Assembly (NCBI GenBank): GCA_963781585.1
Contig: CAWAGQ010000003.1
Coordinates: 96,001 to 160,000 of the forward strand
Origin: an uncultured Gemmatimonadaceae bacterium
GTDB taxonomy: Bacteria; Gemmatimonadota; Gemmatimonadetes; Gemmatimonadales; Gemmatimonadaceae
Reading direction: 5' to 3'
DNA length: 64,000 bases
The notes below the pieces were generated by a model that worked only from the letters and a program-made list of their open reading frames with translations, was not told the DNA's origin and searched no databases. How positions within the stretch are numbered: the stretch's first letter is position 1; the number at the start of each line of letters is the position of its first letter. Positions 53,133 through 62,899 of the stretch are shown here, in pieces. The translations under genes and the position numbers were made by a program.

Positions 53133-53605
53133 CCCACGCGTCAGGTGAGACGCGCGTTGGGGCGACGCCCGGCGACGCCGGCGGCGGGACTGGTCGGGTT
53201 CTCGCGGTCGATCTGGGTGATCGACGGATCGGCCTGGCGATCAGTGATCCGACGGGTACCATCGCCTCACCCAGCGGTCACATCGTTCGCCGCGCCGGCA
53301 AGCGGGTACCGGTGGCGGCGATTCTCGATCGCGCCAAGGAGCTTGGCGCGACGGCGTTCGTGGTCGGCCTGCCTCTGGACGAGGACGGGAACGACACACC
53401 GCGCGCGGCCGAGGCCCGGGAACTTGCCGCGGCGATCGAGAGCCGCACCGGACGTCCCGTGCGACTGCACGACGAGCGCTTCACGACCGCCGCGGCGCTA
53501 CGGGCAATCCGGGAGATGGGAGGCCGGACTCGCGGTCGCAGGGGCGACGTGGACGCGCTCGCCGCCACGGTGTTGTTACAGCACGCACTCTCGATGACTC
53601 GCTAG
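53129..53605 (+). CDS. ruvX: RuvX/YqgF pre-16S rRNA nuclease
   Basis: [36 protein letters not shown]. Confidence 0.93.
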   Translation: MTHASGETRVGATPGDAGGGTGRVLAVDLGDRRIGLAISDPTGTIASPSGHIVRRAGKRVPVAAILDRAKELGATAFVVGLPLDEDGNDTPRAAEARELAAAIESRTGRPVRLHDERFTTAAALRAIREMGGRTRGRRGDVDALAATVLLQHALSMTR

Positions 53606-53614
53606 GAAGGAAGG

Positions 53615-54664
53615 ATGGTGGACACCCGGCATTGTGGTCGTCACGCGGTGACACGGAGCAGAAGCGCCGTATCGGTCGCACGACTGGCGAGCCTGAGCGT
53701 TGCAGTGGCATGCCTGCAGACTGGCTGCGCGGGTGGTACGCGAGGGAGCGTGCGCGTGGTCGTGCCGCCCGGTGCGAGCATGAGGACCGCGGCCGAATCG
53801 CTGGCAGTCCACGGTGTGATCGCGTCGGCCCGAATGTTCCGGCTCTATGCCACCGTGCGCGGGAGCGACCGCCACCTCCGTGCAGGCACCTATCTGTTGC
53901 GCCGCGATGCATCGTGGGCGGACCTGCTGGACGGGCTGGTCTCGGGACGGGGCCTCGTGTATACGGTGACCGTCCCCGAAGGTTGGGAGGTGAAGCAGAT
54001 CATTCCAGCGCTGGCGAGTCACGTGGGTGTTCCCGCGGAGTCGTTGGAGGTTGCGGTACGGGACACCGCACTTCTGCACCGGCTGGACGTGCCGGCTCCG
54101 ACGCTGGAGGGCTACCTCTTCCCGGAGACGTACGTGTTCCCGGACGGTGCATCGGCGCGGGACATCGTGCGCACGATGGTGGCCGAATTCGAGCGCCGAT
54201 GGAAGCCCGAGTGGAACGACAGGCTCGCCGCCCTGGCCATGTCCCGGAATGACATCATCACCCTCGCGTCGATCATCGAGAAGGAAGCCAGGCTTCCCGA
54301 GGAGCGGCCGGTGATTTCGGCGGTGTACCAGAATCGGTTGCGGCTGGGGATGCCCCTTCAGGCCGATCCCACGGTACAGTTCGCGTTAGGCCACCACGTC
54401 GCCCGAGTCCGGTCGCGGGATCTGGCAGTGAAGTCGAGCTACAACACCTATCTCACGCCGGGATTGCCGCCGGGACCGATCGCGTCGCCGGGGACCGCCA
54501 GCATCGAGGCGGCGCTATTCCCGGCCTCGGTGAAGTACCTGTATTTCGTGGCGCACCCCGACGGCCATCACGAGTTTCGCCGGACGTTCCGCGAGCACCA
54601 GGAGGCGGTGCGTCTGGTCCGCGCCGAGCGGCGCGCGCTGGAGCGGGCGGGCAAGTCCCCGTGA
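53615..54664 (+). CDS. mltG: Endolytic murein transglycosylase MltG
   Basis: LEGYLFPETY, LASIIEKE, LQADPTV, YNTY..PGLPPGPIASPG, YLYFVA. Confidence 0.95.
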   Translation: MVDTRHCGRHAVTRSRSAVSVARLASLSVAVACLQTGCAGGTRGSVRVVVPPGASMRTAAESLAVHGVIASARMFRLYATVRGSDRHLRAGTYLLRRDASWADLLDGLVSGRGLVYTVTVPEGWEVKQIIPALASHVGVPAESLEVAVRDTALLHRLDVPAPTLEGYLFPETYVFPDGASARDIVRTMVAEFERRWKPEWNDRLAALAMSRNDIITLASIIEKEARLPEERPVISAVYQNRLRLGMPLQADPTVQFALGHHVARVRSRDLAVKSSYNTYLTPGLPPGPIASPGTASIEAALFPASVKYLYFVAHPDGHHEFRRTFREHQEAVRLVRAERRALERAGKSP

Positions 54665-54761
54665 CGGCGCCGAGCCGCGACCGGCTCGGCCTCCTGAGGC
54701 GCCCGCGTGCACGCCGCGCGAGCGCGCCCGGCGGCGCCTTTCCTGCCATCGGTATCTGGCG

Positions 54762-55928
54762 ATGGGCGATTCGGCGACGGTGAGCCGGCGGGGGGCGCTG
54801 CGCTGGGAGCGCGGGCACCCCTGGATATTCCGGAGCGACGTGACGCACCGGCCGGGAGTGACCGCCGGCGGGGTGCGAGTTCGCGACGAGCGGGGGCGAT
54901 GGCTCGGGATCGCACTGTGGAGTCCGGCGTCGGAAATCTCGCTGCGTCTGCTCGACACCAACGCCGATGCACAGCTCGACGACCTGTGGTGGGCCGCTCG
55001 CATGAGAGGAGCGGTGGATCGCCGGGCACCGATCGGCGCCGTGTCAAACGCTTGCCGTCTGATCCATGCGGAAGGGGACGCGCTGCCGTCCCTGGTTTGT
55101 GACCGCTACGATCGCTGGCTGGTGCTGCAAATCCTGAGCGCGGGACTCGAAGCATACCGCGACCCGATCGTGAACGCCCTCGTTGGGCTGACGAACGCCG
55201 AAGGTGTGCTGGCGCGGAACGACGTACCCCTCCGGTCGCGCGAGGGACTGGTTCGCGAAACCACCGTGCTCCACGGAGAGGTACCGCAGGTGCTGGAGGT
55301 GCAGGAGTATGGCGTCCGGATGCGGGTTGCCCCGTGGACCGGCCAGAAGACGGGGGCGTTTCTCGATCAGCGCGAGAGCCGGCACCGCATGGGGGCGCTG
55401 GCGCGCGGCCGGGCGCTCGACTGCTTCTGCTACCACGGCTCCTTTTCGCTCCACATGGCGGAGCGGGCAGAGCGCGTCACGGCGATCGACTCGTCGAGCG
55501 AGGCAGTGACGCGGGCCATCGAGAACGCCCGGCTCAACGCCCTGGCGAACGTGGACGTGATCGAGGAGAACGCCTTCGACTTCCTGCGTGCCGCCGACCG
55601 CGCCGGAGCGCGCTTCGACACGATCATCCTGGATCCACCCGCGTTCGCGAAGAGCCGTGACACGGTGGAGAGTGCGCTGCGGGGATATCACGAGATCAAC
55701 CTGCGCGCCATGCGGATCCTGGAGCCGGGCGGTCTGTTGTATACCGCGAGCTGCAGCTATCACGTGACGAAGCCGCTATTCCTCGAAATGGTCGACCGGG
55801 CGGCCGCGGACGCGGGACGCCGGATCCAGCTGAGGGAGCTGATCAGTCAGCCCATCGACCACCCCGAGATCCTCACGATCCCCGAGACCGGATACCTGAA
55901 GGGTGCCATTGTCGAGGCGCGAGACTAG
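54762..55928 (+). CDS. Class I SAM-dependent rRNA methyltransferase (RlmI-like)
   Basis: GHPWIF PUA domain, GQKTGAFLDQR, LDPPAF, ASCS, ETGYLK. Confidence 0.9.
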   Translation: MGDSATVSRRGALRWERGHPWIFRSDVTHRPGVTAGGVRVRDERGRWLGIALWSPASEISLRLLDTNADAQLDDLWWAARMRGAVDRRAPIGAVSNACRLIHAEGDALPSLVCDRYDRWLVLQILSAGLEAYRDPIVNALVGLTNAEGVLARNDVPLRSREGLVRETTVLHGEVPQVLEVQEYGVRMRVAPWTGQKTGAFLDQRESRHRMGALARGRALDCFCYHGSFSLHMAERAERVTAIDSSSEAVTRAIENARLNALANVDVIEENAFDFLRAADRAGARFDTIILDPPAFAKSRDTVESALRGYHEINLRAMRILEPGGLLYTASCSYHVTKPLFLEMVDRAAADAGRRIQLRELISQPIDHPEILTIPETGYLKGAIVEARD

Positions 55929-55939
55929 CGCGGCGCGAA

Positions 55940-56734
55940 TCATCGCTGGCAGTGCGGGCAGAAATAGGTCGACCGGGCCCCCTGGGTGATGCGCCGGATT
56001 CTGCCGGCGCAGCGACGACAGCGCTGTCCCTCGCGATCGTAGACGGCAAAGCGGGCAGGGGCTGATCGGGTCGCTGCCTGCCGAAGGTAGCGGACCGCCA
56101 GTCGTCGCGCCCGCTCGATGACGCGGCGCATGGCGTGCACCAGCCGCGCGACCCGGGCGCGTGAAAGGTGCTGCGCCGGCACGCGCGGATCGATCCGCGC
56201 GCGCCAGAGGACCTCCGCCACGTAGATGTTCCCCAGCCCGGCCACCACACGCTGATCGAGGAGCGCGTTCTTGATCGTGCCGGGGCGCCTGGCCAGGGCC
56301 CGCCGCAACCTCTCCGCGTCGAGCCGCGGATCGTCGGCTTCGGGGCCGAGATCGGGAAGCGGGTCGCTGCCGGCGGGGTGCAGCGAGACGGCCGAGAGGG
56401 CCCGCGGGTCCGCGAGCACCAGACGTCGGCCGCTGTCGAAGGTGATCACGACGCGGGCGTGCGCCGGCAGCGGGTCGGCGCCGGTCACGACCTGCCAGTC
56501 TCCGGTCATGCGAAAGTGCACCTGCAGCAGGCGTCCGCTCGTCAGGCGGAAGAGCTGGTATTTTCCGCGGCGCAAGACCGCGCCAACGCCGTCACCCGCC
56601 AGGGAGCGTGCGGCTCGAGCGGGGAGGACACGCCGCTGCGCGGGGTGCCTCACCTCCACACTCGTTATGACGCGCCCCCGCGCGGCGGCGCGCGCCACGG
56701 TGGCAGCGGCTTCGACTTCGGGGAGTTCCGGCAT
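55940..56734 (-). CDS. mutM: Formamidopyrimidine-DNA glycosylase
   Basis: MPELPEVE, RRGKY, HFRMTG, AGLGNIY, CRRC...FCPHCQ zinc finger. Confidence 0.96.
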   Translation of the reverse strand: MPELPEVEAAATVARAAARGRVITSVEVRHPAQRRVLPARAARSLAGDGVGAVLRRGKYQLFRLTSGRLLQVHFRMTGDWQVVTGADPLPAHARVVITFDSGRRLVLADPRALSAVSLHPAGSDPLPDLGPEADDPRLDAERLRRALARRPGTIKNALLDQRVVAGLGNIYVAEVLWRARIDPRVPAQHLSRARVARLVHAMRRVIERARRLAVRYLRQAATRSAPARFAVYDREGQRCRRCAGRIRRITQGARSTYFCPHCQR

Positions 56735-56840
56735 GTTTGCTCCACGAAATCTGCCTGACGCGAGGATCGTGCAGAAGCCGCAACCCTTGCGCGCCTAGCG
56801 AGACTGTCTAGGTTTGAGGCGTCACCGATCGCGCGGAGTC

Positions 56841-57653
56841 ATGGCGCAAAGAGCTCACCTCTCGCTCCGGTACGAATACGAACTGTACGTTGAGCAGGAG
56901 ATCGAGACCTACAAGGACTCGATCCCGCGGTCGGCGATTCTCCGTATCGGCGATGAGGCGGTGGCCATCCTGCGTGAGCTCGAGCAGCCGGAATTCGACG
57001 AGCTGGTCATCTGGGCCGAAGTCGATCGCATCATTCGGCGTCGTCTCCGGCTTCCGAACTATGTCAGTTGGCGCCGCCGCCGCCTGAAACTGCTTGCCCA
57101 GTACCGGCGACCCGAGCATTGGGGCCTTGCCGCCGACGCCCCGCTGGTTCGCGAGATCATCCCCGACTCCGAAACCCGCGTCCTGGTGGCCGGGATCCGT
57201 CAGCAGGGGCCGGTACTCTACCTGGCCGCGAAAGGATGTCGCGTGACCGCGCTCGAAGAGGATGAGGAGGCCGTGGAACGCGTGATCGCGGCGGCGGGCC
57301 AGGTCGGCCTGACCTCCAGAGTGAATGGCCGCGCCGTGGGACTCGACGCCTGGGCACCCGATGCGCCACTGCACGCTGTGGTCTGCACCCCGGCGGCGTT
57401 CGAACACCTCTCATCCGACGAGCGCGTTCGCGTGATCGAGCTGCTCAAGAGCGCCACGATGGATGGCGGCGTGCACCTGGTTGAGACGCTGGTGGCGGGG
57501 CAAAACGAGCAGGGGCGGGGCGACAAATCGCGCCGCGCTCCCGGTGTCCTGAGCGACGCGGAGCTGCGTGCGCGGTATCGCGGATGGGACATCAGCATCG
57601 TACGCGACGAGCGATCCAACCGGACTTTCCTGGCGCGAAAGAGCGTCGCCTAG
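56841..57653 (+). CDS. Hypothetical protein: helical N-terminal domain plus a degenerate SAM-methyltransferase-like fold
   Basis: LYLAAKGCRVTALE and GGVHLVE resemble TehB/class I MTase strands but the GxGxG motif is absent. Confidence 0.6.
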   Translation: MAQRAHLSLRYEYELYVEQEIETYKDSIPRSAILRIGDEAVAILRELEQPEFDELVIWAEVDRIIRRRLRLPNYVSWRRRRLKLLAQYRRPEHWGLAADAPLVREIIPDSETRVLVAGIRQQGPVLYLAAKGCRVTALEEDEEAVERVIAAAGQVGLTSRVNGRAVGLDAWAPDAPLHAVVCTPAAFEHLSSDERVRVIELLKSATMDGGVHLVETLVAGQNEQGRGDKSRRAPGVLSDAELRARYRGWDISIVRDERSNRTFLARKSVA

Positions 57654-58062
57654 CTTCGCGCTGCCTGCCACCCGGGCTTTCCACGGGCGGCTGCTGGTGG
57701 TGTGGCAGAACGATACTGGTTGCCGATTGGCGACGTGTCTTTTCGCGACAGCCGAGGCGAACCGCGGCACGGCGACGCTGGCTAACACGGCGCGCACGTG
57801 GAGGTTGCACGCGACGTCGGTCCGGGCACCAATAGTGCCAAGCGGTGCTCGCGGAACGCGTCCCATACTAATAGTCGCGGCGGCCGCATTCGGTGAACCG
57901 TTCTCGCCGACTGCGGCCGCAACGCGTGGGGCTTGGCGCGTAGGTGCGATAATCGGGTCGCGAGCGCGGTTCCTCGTTGTCGATCGGGAAACAGGCGGCG
58001 CCAGGTTTCCCGTCCGGCACGGACGACATCCACTGAACTGGCGCAGCGAGAGGAATCATTCG

Positions 58063-58221
58063 GTGCCCAAGAGCCGTCAGACCGTAGCGGTTGAGCAGGA
58101 GCCCATCGGCATCATCATCTCGCGGGGACGCATTGTCGAGCCGTCGCCGCGGGTCACCGCATTCGTATGGGGGATCGGCGACGAGCCGGAGGAGGAGATT
58201 GCGACGCCAAAGCCCGCCTAG
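58063..58221 (+). CDS. Small hypothetical protein (52 aa, MPKSRQTVAVEQEPIGIIISRG...)
   Basis: GAGAGG RBS before GTG; GC3-rich codons; terminator downstream. Confidence 0.55.
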   Translation: MPKSRQTVAVEQEPIGIIISRGRIVEPSPRVTAFVWGIGDEPEEEIATPKPA

Positions 58222-58315
58222 GGCATTGGACCCTCCGGACCGCTCCCGAAGGCCATTCCGGAAGCGGCCCGCCTGAGAACGCGAGCTCGGGGTCCGGGGG
58301 GAAGACACTTGCGGA

Positions 58316-58352
58316 AACAAAAAAGCCGGCGCAAAGCGCCGGCTTTTTTGTT
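58316..58352. terminator. Bidirectional intrinsic terminator
   Basis: AACAAAAAAGCCGGCGC-AAA-GCGCCGGCTTTTTTGTT. Confidence 0.92.
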
Positions 58353-58367
58353 GGGCCGACCGCGTTA

Positions 58368-58412
58368 CTACTTCTTCTTTTTCTTCGCGGCCTTCTTCTT
58401 CTTCGCAGCCAT
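58368..58412 (-). CDS. 14-aa lysine-rich micropeptide MAAKKKKAAKKKKK
   Basis: GGAG 6 nt before ATG; ATG GCT GCG AAGx4 GCC GCG AAG AAA AAGx3 TAG TAA; terminator 12 nt after the second stop. Confidence 0.75.
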   Translation of the reverse strand: MAAKKKKAAKKKKK

Positions 58413-58635
58413 TGAAAGCTCCATGGTCTGGAGTTGAACACCGATCCAATCCCCCGGTGGACTGGTCGGCAGCAACCGGATGTGCGAACACCCGATTGGT
58501 TCTGCGCGCCGGACTGCGGCGCTTTACTGCGACAGTCGATCTGGGCCCGTCTCTTATCAAACAGATCGCGACGTCACGCGGCTTGGCGAGTACCGACGAT
58601 TCGCGCGCGCCCGCGTTTCAGCCGAAGTTGCCAGA

Positions 58636-58644
58636 ATTATATCA
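58636..58644 (-). promoter_or_regulatory. Extended -10 promoter for the micropeptide transcript
   Basis: Minus strand TGATATAAT, a perfect TGnTATAAT in a ~68% GC background (GC estimated by eye). Confidence 0.7.
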
Positions 58645-59292
58645 CGTCAGGTGAACGCATACAGCTGAGTCGACGGCAGCGGGGCCGGCGGCCAAGTGCG
58701 GAGCGATGAGCCAGCATCACCTCGGGGGAGCGAGCGCCCGCCGTCGAATGAGGTGAGTTCATCTCGGTTGAGCGCGCTCCCGGCCACAGCCGCCGAGGGG
58801 CTCATCGAGGAAGGAGCGAGTAGCGCGTTCTGGAGAATATGTGATTGGGTTAGAACCCACGCAGCAACCTCGCGCGCACACACGTGCGACGGGAGCGAAT
58901 ATAGGATACCGCGAAATCGCACGCAATACTCTCGCGAGCCGGCGTAGTCGCTCGAAGGATCGGACCCGCGTCGTCGTGGGCCCGCGACGCGATGTCGGCC
59001 GAGGCAGCACGCGCGTCGATCGCCGAGGGAGAACGACGCGCGACGCCGGCAAAATTCGCGAAGCGCAGATCGACGTCCTTCGATTCGCGGCGGCACCGCA
59101 TCGCGGACACCGCGCCGTGCATGGGACGGCGACCGGGGACGCGCGATACGCTGGCGGGCGCCGCCGATCGCACGATCCGGGCTCCTCTCCACCTCCCCTT
59201 CTCTGTCCTCGCCTCCTAGAATCCTTATGAGAGCCCAAGGGCCAGAGGCCAAGGGCTCGAGGCGAGAGTCGTTTCTTTATTTGCCGTGACGA

Positions 59293-62200
59293 ATGCCAAC
59301 ACTCTCCATTGACGGTCGATCGGTTACGGTTGCCGAAGGCGCCACCATCCTGGACGCGGCGCGCGTGCTCGAGATCGACGTCCCGACGCTCTGCTGGTAC
59401 CCCAAGCTGCCGGTAGTCGGCAATTGTCGCATCTGTCTGGTCACCGTCGCGGGGAATCCCAAGCTGGTTCCCGCGTGCGCCACCCAGGCCGCGGACGGTA
59501 TGGAAGTCACCACCGAGTCGCTCGCTGCGGTGAAGAGCCGGCACGGCGTGCTCAGCATGCTGCTCGAGCGTTATCCGGCAGCTGACATTCCGGAAACGGG
59601 GTATCGCAACGAATTCGAAGCGCTCGTCCGGCGCTACGACGTCCCGTCCGTGCGGCGATCGGGTATGGCCCTTCGCGCGGGGGACGAGCGCGACGGCGAC
59701 CCGATCATTCAGCACGATATGAGCCTCTGCATCCTGTGCACGCGGTGTGTCCGGGCCTGCGAGGACATTCAGGTGGTTGGGGTGCTCGACGTGGCGAACC
59801 GGGGTGATCACACGGAGATCATCGTGGGAGCCGACGGAAATCCCGAACACGCCGGGTGCACCTGGTGCGGTGAGTGCGTTCGCGTGTGTCCCACCGGCGC
59901 CATCCACGACATCATCCCGATGGCGATTCGCATGGCGGACGGCCAGTCCGCGAGTCGGGTGAGCTCCAAGGACATGCCGCCCGCGGACCGAACCGTGCGC
60001 AGTGTCTGTCCGTACTGCGGCGTCGGATGTCAGATCGATCTCCAGGTCCGCGACGGCAGCGTGGTACACGTGCAGAGCCCGTGGATCGAGGAGAACACGC
60101 CCAACCAGGGCTCTACCTGTGTGAAGGGGCGCTTCGGGACCGACTTCGTGCAACATCGCGACCGCCTGGGTGTGCCGCTCATCCGCCGTGGCTGGGTGAA
60201 GCGCGCCGGCGGCTGGGTCTACGATCCCGCGGACGACGGTGGCGGACGATGGGGACGACGCGGTGGACCGTGGAACCTGGTCCAAGACGAGGCGAGGACG
60301 CGGAAGCGACGGCCGCCATCGAATCCGCTGGTGACAGCGCCCACCGGGATCGGCCCATTGGGAGACGCGCGCGACCGCGTCGCCACGCCGCACGAGTGGT
60401 ATGAGCCGTTCCGCGAGGCGACGTGGGAAGAAGCCCTGGAACTCACCGCGCAGGAGCTTGTGAGGCTGAAGAACACCCACGGTCCCAACTCGCTGGCCGT
60501 GTTCCAGTCCGCCAAGTGTACGAACGAAGAGAACTACCTGCTCCAGCGCATGTTCCGCGGCGGACTGGGCACGAACAACGTCGATCACTGCACGCGCCTC
60601 TGTCACTCGTCGTCGGTGAGCGCGATGCAGCGGTCCATGAACACCAGCGCCGCGTCGGGCTCGATGCGGGAAGTCGAGACCGAGGCAGACGTGGTTTTCC
60701 TCCTGGGAGCCAACACCACGGAATCGCACCCCGTCTTCGGGGCCGCGATAAAACGGGCAGTCAAGCGCGGAGCGACGCTCATCGTGTGCGACCCACGGCG
60801 CATCGAGCTGGCGCAGCGCGCCCACATTCATCTGCAGGCCCTCCCGGGTACCGACGTCGCGCTCCTGAACGCGATGCTGAACCACATCCTGGCGCTGGGG
60901 CTCGAAGACGAGGAGTTCATCGCCGCACGCACGCACGAGTTTGCGGCAGTCCGCGACGCCGTGCGCCCCTACACCCCCGAGCGCGCCGAGACGATCACCG
61001 GTGTTCGGGCGGACCTCATCCGGCGGGCGGCCGAGCTCTACGCGCGCGGGCCAAGATCCTCGACGCTCTGGGCGATGGGTCTGACCCAGCACCGCACGGG
61101 CACCGACATCGTGGCCGCCCTGCTGAATCTCATCCTCGCCACGGGAATGATCGGCCGATGGGGCGCCGCCATGCTCCCCATCCGCGGACAAAACAACGTG
61201 CAGGGCGCGAGCGACGTGGGCGCCATCCCCATGGTCTACACGGACTATCAACCGGTCACCGACCCCGCGATCCGGCACGTGTTCGCGTCCGCCTGGGGCG
61301 TGCCGGATGAGCGCATCCCGCTCGAGGTCGGGCTCAAGGTGACAGACATCGTGCAGGAGGACAGTCCGGTACGCGGCATGTTCATCATGGGGGAGAACCC
61401 CATCCTGTCCGATCCCGAGGTCTCGCACGCGGAACACTGGTTCCGTGAACTCGAGTTTCTCACCGTCCAGGACCTCTTCCTGACGGAGACGGCACGGTAC
61501 GCCGACGTCGTACTTCCCGGTGCTTCGTTCGCCGAGAAGACGGGCACGTTCGTCAACACGGAGCGACGAATCCAGCTGTCGCACCAGGCGATCGATCCAC
61601 CAGGCGTGGCGCGCGCCGATCTCGACATCATCATCGATCTGTCCAACCGGATCGGTCTGCCGACGCGGTTCCGCAACTCGGCCGAGGTCATGGACGAGAT
61701 TGCGAGCGTCACACCATCGTGGCGCGGTGTCTCGCACCGCCGGCTGGAGGAATCGGGCGGGCTCCAGTATCCGGTGCCGCACGAAACGCACGGGGGCACC
61801 GACTTTCTGTTCGCGGAGTCGTTCCCGACCGCCGACGGCCGCGCCACGTTCGTTCCGGTGGAGTTTCTGCCGCCGGCGGAGCTGCCGGACGACGACTATC
61901 CGTTCATGCTCAACACCGGGCGCCAGATGTACCACTGGCACACCGGGACGATGACCCGGCGGTCCTTCGCGCTCGACGCCCGCGAGCCAGGCCCCATCGT
62001 GGAGCTCAATCCCGAAGACGCGCGGGAGCTGAACGTGCTCGACGGCGATGAAGTGGTGGTCGCATCGCGCCGCGGCATGGTGAGGATTTCCGTGCGGATG
62101 TCGGGCCGCGTGGCGCGGAAGCAGGTCTTCATCCCGATGCACTATCGAGAGGCGGCGGTTAACCTGCTCACGAACCCGCAGTTGGATCCGTATGCGGGGA

Positions 62201-62310
62201 TCCCCGAATTCAAGGTCTGTGCCGTGTCTGTCGCCAAGGCGGGAAGAGAGGAAACGAGGTCGACGGCCGGCCGGACTCCGAAAGCGGAGGTCGCGCACCC
62301 GGGAGATTGA
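59293..62310 (+). CDS. fdhF: Formate dehydrogenase alpha subunit (FdhF/FdsA-like molybdopterin oxidoreductase with N-terminal 2Fe-2S and 2x4Fe-4S domains), Cys type
   Basis: PTLC...GNCRICLV...AC; CILCTRCVRAC; CTWCGECVRVCP; CPYCGVGC...CVKGRFG; DHCTRLCH; IRGQNNVQG; TGR...HWHTGTMTRR. Confidence 0.9.
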   Translation: MPTLSIDGRSVTVAEGATILDAARVLEIDVPTLCWYPKLPVVGNCRICLVTVAGNPKLVPACATQAADGMEVTTESLAAVKSRHGVLSMLLERYPAADIPETGYRNEFEALVRRYDVPSVRRSGMALRAGDERDGDPIIQHDMSLCILCTRCVRACEDIQVVGVLDVANRGDHTEIIVGADGNPEHAGCTWCGECVRVCPTGAIHDIIPMAIRMADGQSASRVSSKDMPPADRTVRSVCPYCGVGCQIDLQVRDGSVVHVQSPWIEENTPNQGSTCVKGRFGTDFVQHRDRLGVPLIRRGWVKRAGGWVYDPADDGGGRWGRRGGPWNLVQDEARTRKRRPPSNPLVTAPTGIGPLGDARDRVATPHEWYEPFREATWEEALELTAQELVRLKNTHGPNSLAVFQSAKCTNEENYLLQRMFRGGLGTNNVDHCTRLCHSSSVSAMQRSMNTSAASGSMREVETEADVVFLLGANTTESHPVFGAAIKRAVKRGATLIVCDPRRIELAQRAHIHLQALPGTDVALLNAMLNHILALGLEDEEFIAARTHEFAAVRDAVRPYTPERAETITGVRADLIRRAAELYARGPRSSTLWAMGLTQHRTGTDIVAALLNLILATGMIGRWGAAMLPIRGQNNVQGASDVGAIPMVYTDYQPVTDPAIRHVFASAWGVPDERIPLEVGLKVTDIVQEDSPVRGMFIMGENPILSDPEVSHAEHWFRELEFLTVQDLFLTETARYADVVLPGASFAEKTGTFVNTERRIQLSHQAIDPPGVARADLDIIIDLSNRIGLPTRFRNSAEVMDEIASVTPSWRGVSHRRLEESGGLQYPVPHETHGGTDFLFAESFPTADGRATFVPVEFLPPAELPDDDYPFMLNTGRQMYHWHTGTMTRRSFALDAREPGPIVELNPEDARELNVLDGDEVVVASRRGMVRISVRMSGRVARKQVFIPMHYREAAVNLLTNPQLDPYAGIPEFKVCAVSVAKAGREETRSTAGRTPKAEVAHPGD

Positions 62311-62398
62311 GGTGCGGGCATACGAGGCTCGTCGGGTGTCTTCATGGTGCAATGCCGGGCCCCGCCGGGCCCTTCAGTCGTCCCGATCCGGAGACCAT

Positions 62399-62899
62399 GT
62401 GAACCCTCTTCGCCGGACCGTGCGCGCCATTCTCTCACTCGTTGGAGTGTCCGCCCTCGGCGCGTGCTCGATCTTCAGCAATCCGGACCCGTCGAAGGTC
62501 GATGTCCGCTCCAGCACCGAGGCGGCCGACCTCGTCCTCGGCGACACGGCGCGCATCACGATCGACGTCGTGAACGTCAGCGCGGCCATCGTGCGGGTGG
62601 GGCAAACCAACTGCAACGGTGATTTCGTCTTCGTGAACGCGCGTGGCGCGACGTTCCATCCCGCCGAATACATGCCGTGCACTCTGGCCCTCACGGCGCC
62701 CACCGAGCTGGCTCCGGGCGACACCTTGCACATGCAGGCCTTCACGACGGGGCGTGCGGTGCCTGAAGGGTCGCAGGCCGCACCCATCACGCTGGCACCG
62801 GGCACCTACACGATCCGACCGACGGTGGCAGTGTCGGAAGGCAGCGCCACCGCGGTCGCGGCGCGGAGTACGCCGGCCCGCATTACGTTCCGTGACTAG
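62399..62899 (+). CDS. Hypothetical lipoprotein, beta-sandwich-like
   Basis: GGAG RBS, GTG start, LGAC lipobox. Confidence 0.65.
   Translation: MNPLRRTVRAILSLVGVSALGACSIFSNPDPSKVDVRSSTEAADLVLGDTARITIDVVNVSAAIVRVGQTNCNGDFVFVNARGATFHPAEYMPCTLALTAPTELAPGDTLHMQAFTTGRAVPEGSQAAPITLAPGTYTIRPTVAVSEGSATAVAARSTPARITFRD

Noticed and set aside
58316..58644. Micropeptide transcript as tmRNA
   Set aside because: No tRNA-like ends (GGGG.../TCCACCA, T-arm); the ORF has its own RBS and ATG and does not end in an Ala-Ala degradation tag
59200..59292. Moco/Wco riboswitch upstream of fdhF
   Set aside because: Only a short heptamer-derived hairpin (GAGCCC...GGGCTC) is seen; the conserved Moco motif elements are absent
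58759..62352. Long antisense or alternative-frame ORFs (e.g. 58759..62352-, 31240..34197+, 15418..17595-, 8380..10203+)
   Set aside because: Shadows of real high-GC genes on the opposite strand; Arg/His/Gly-rich translations with no recognisable motifs
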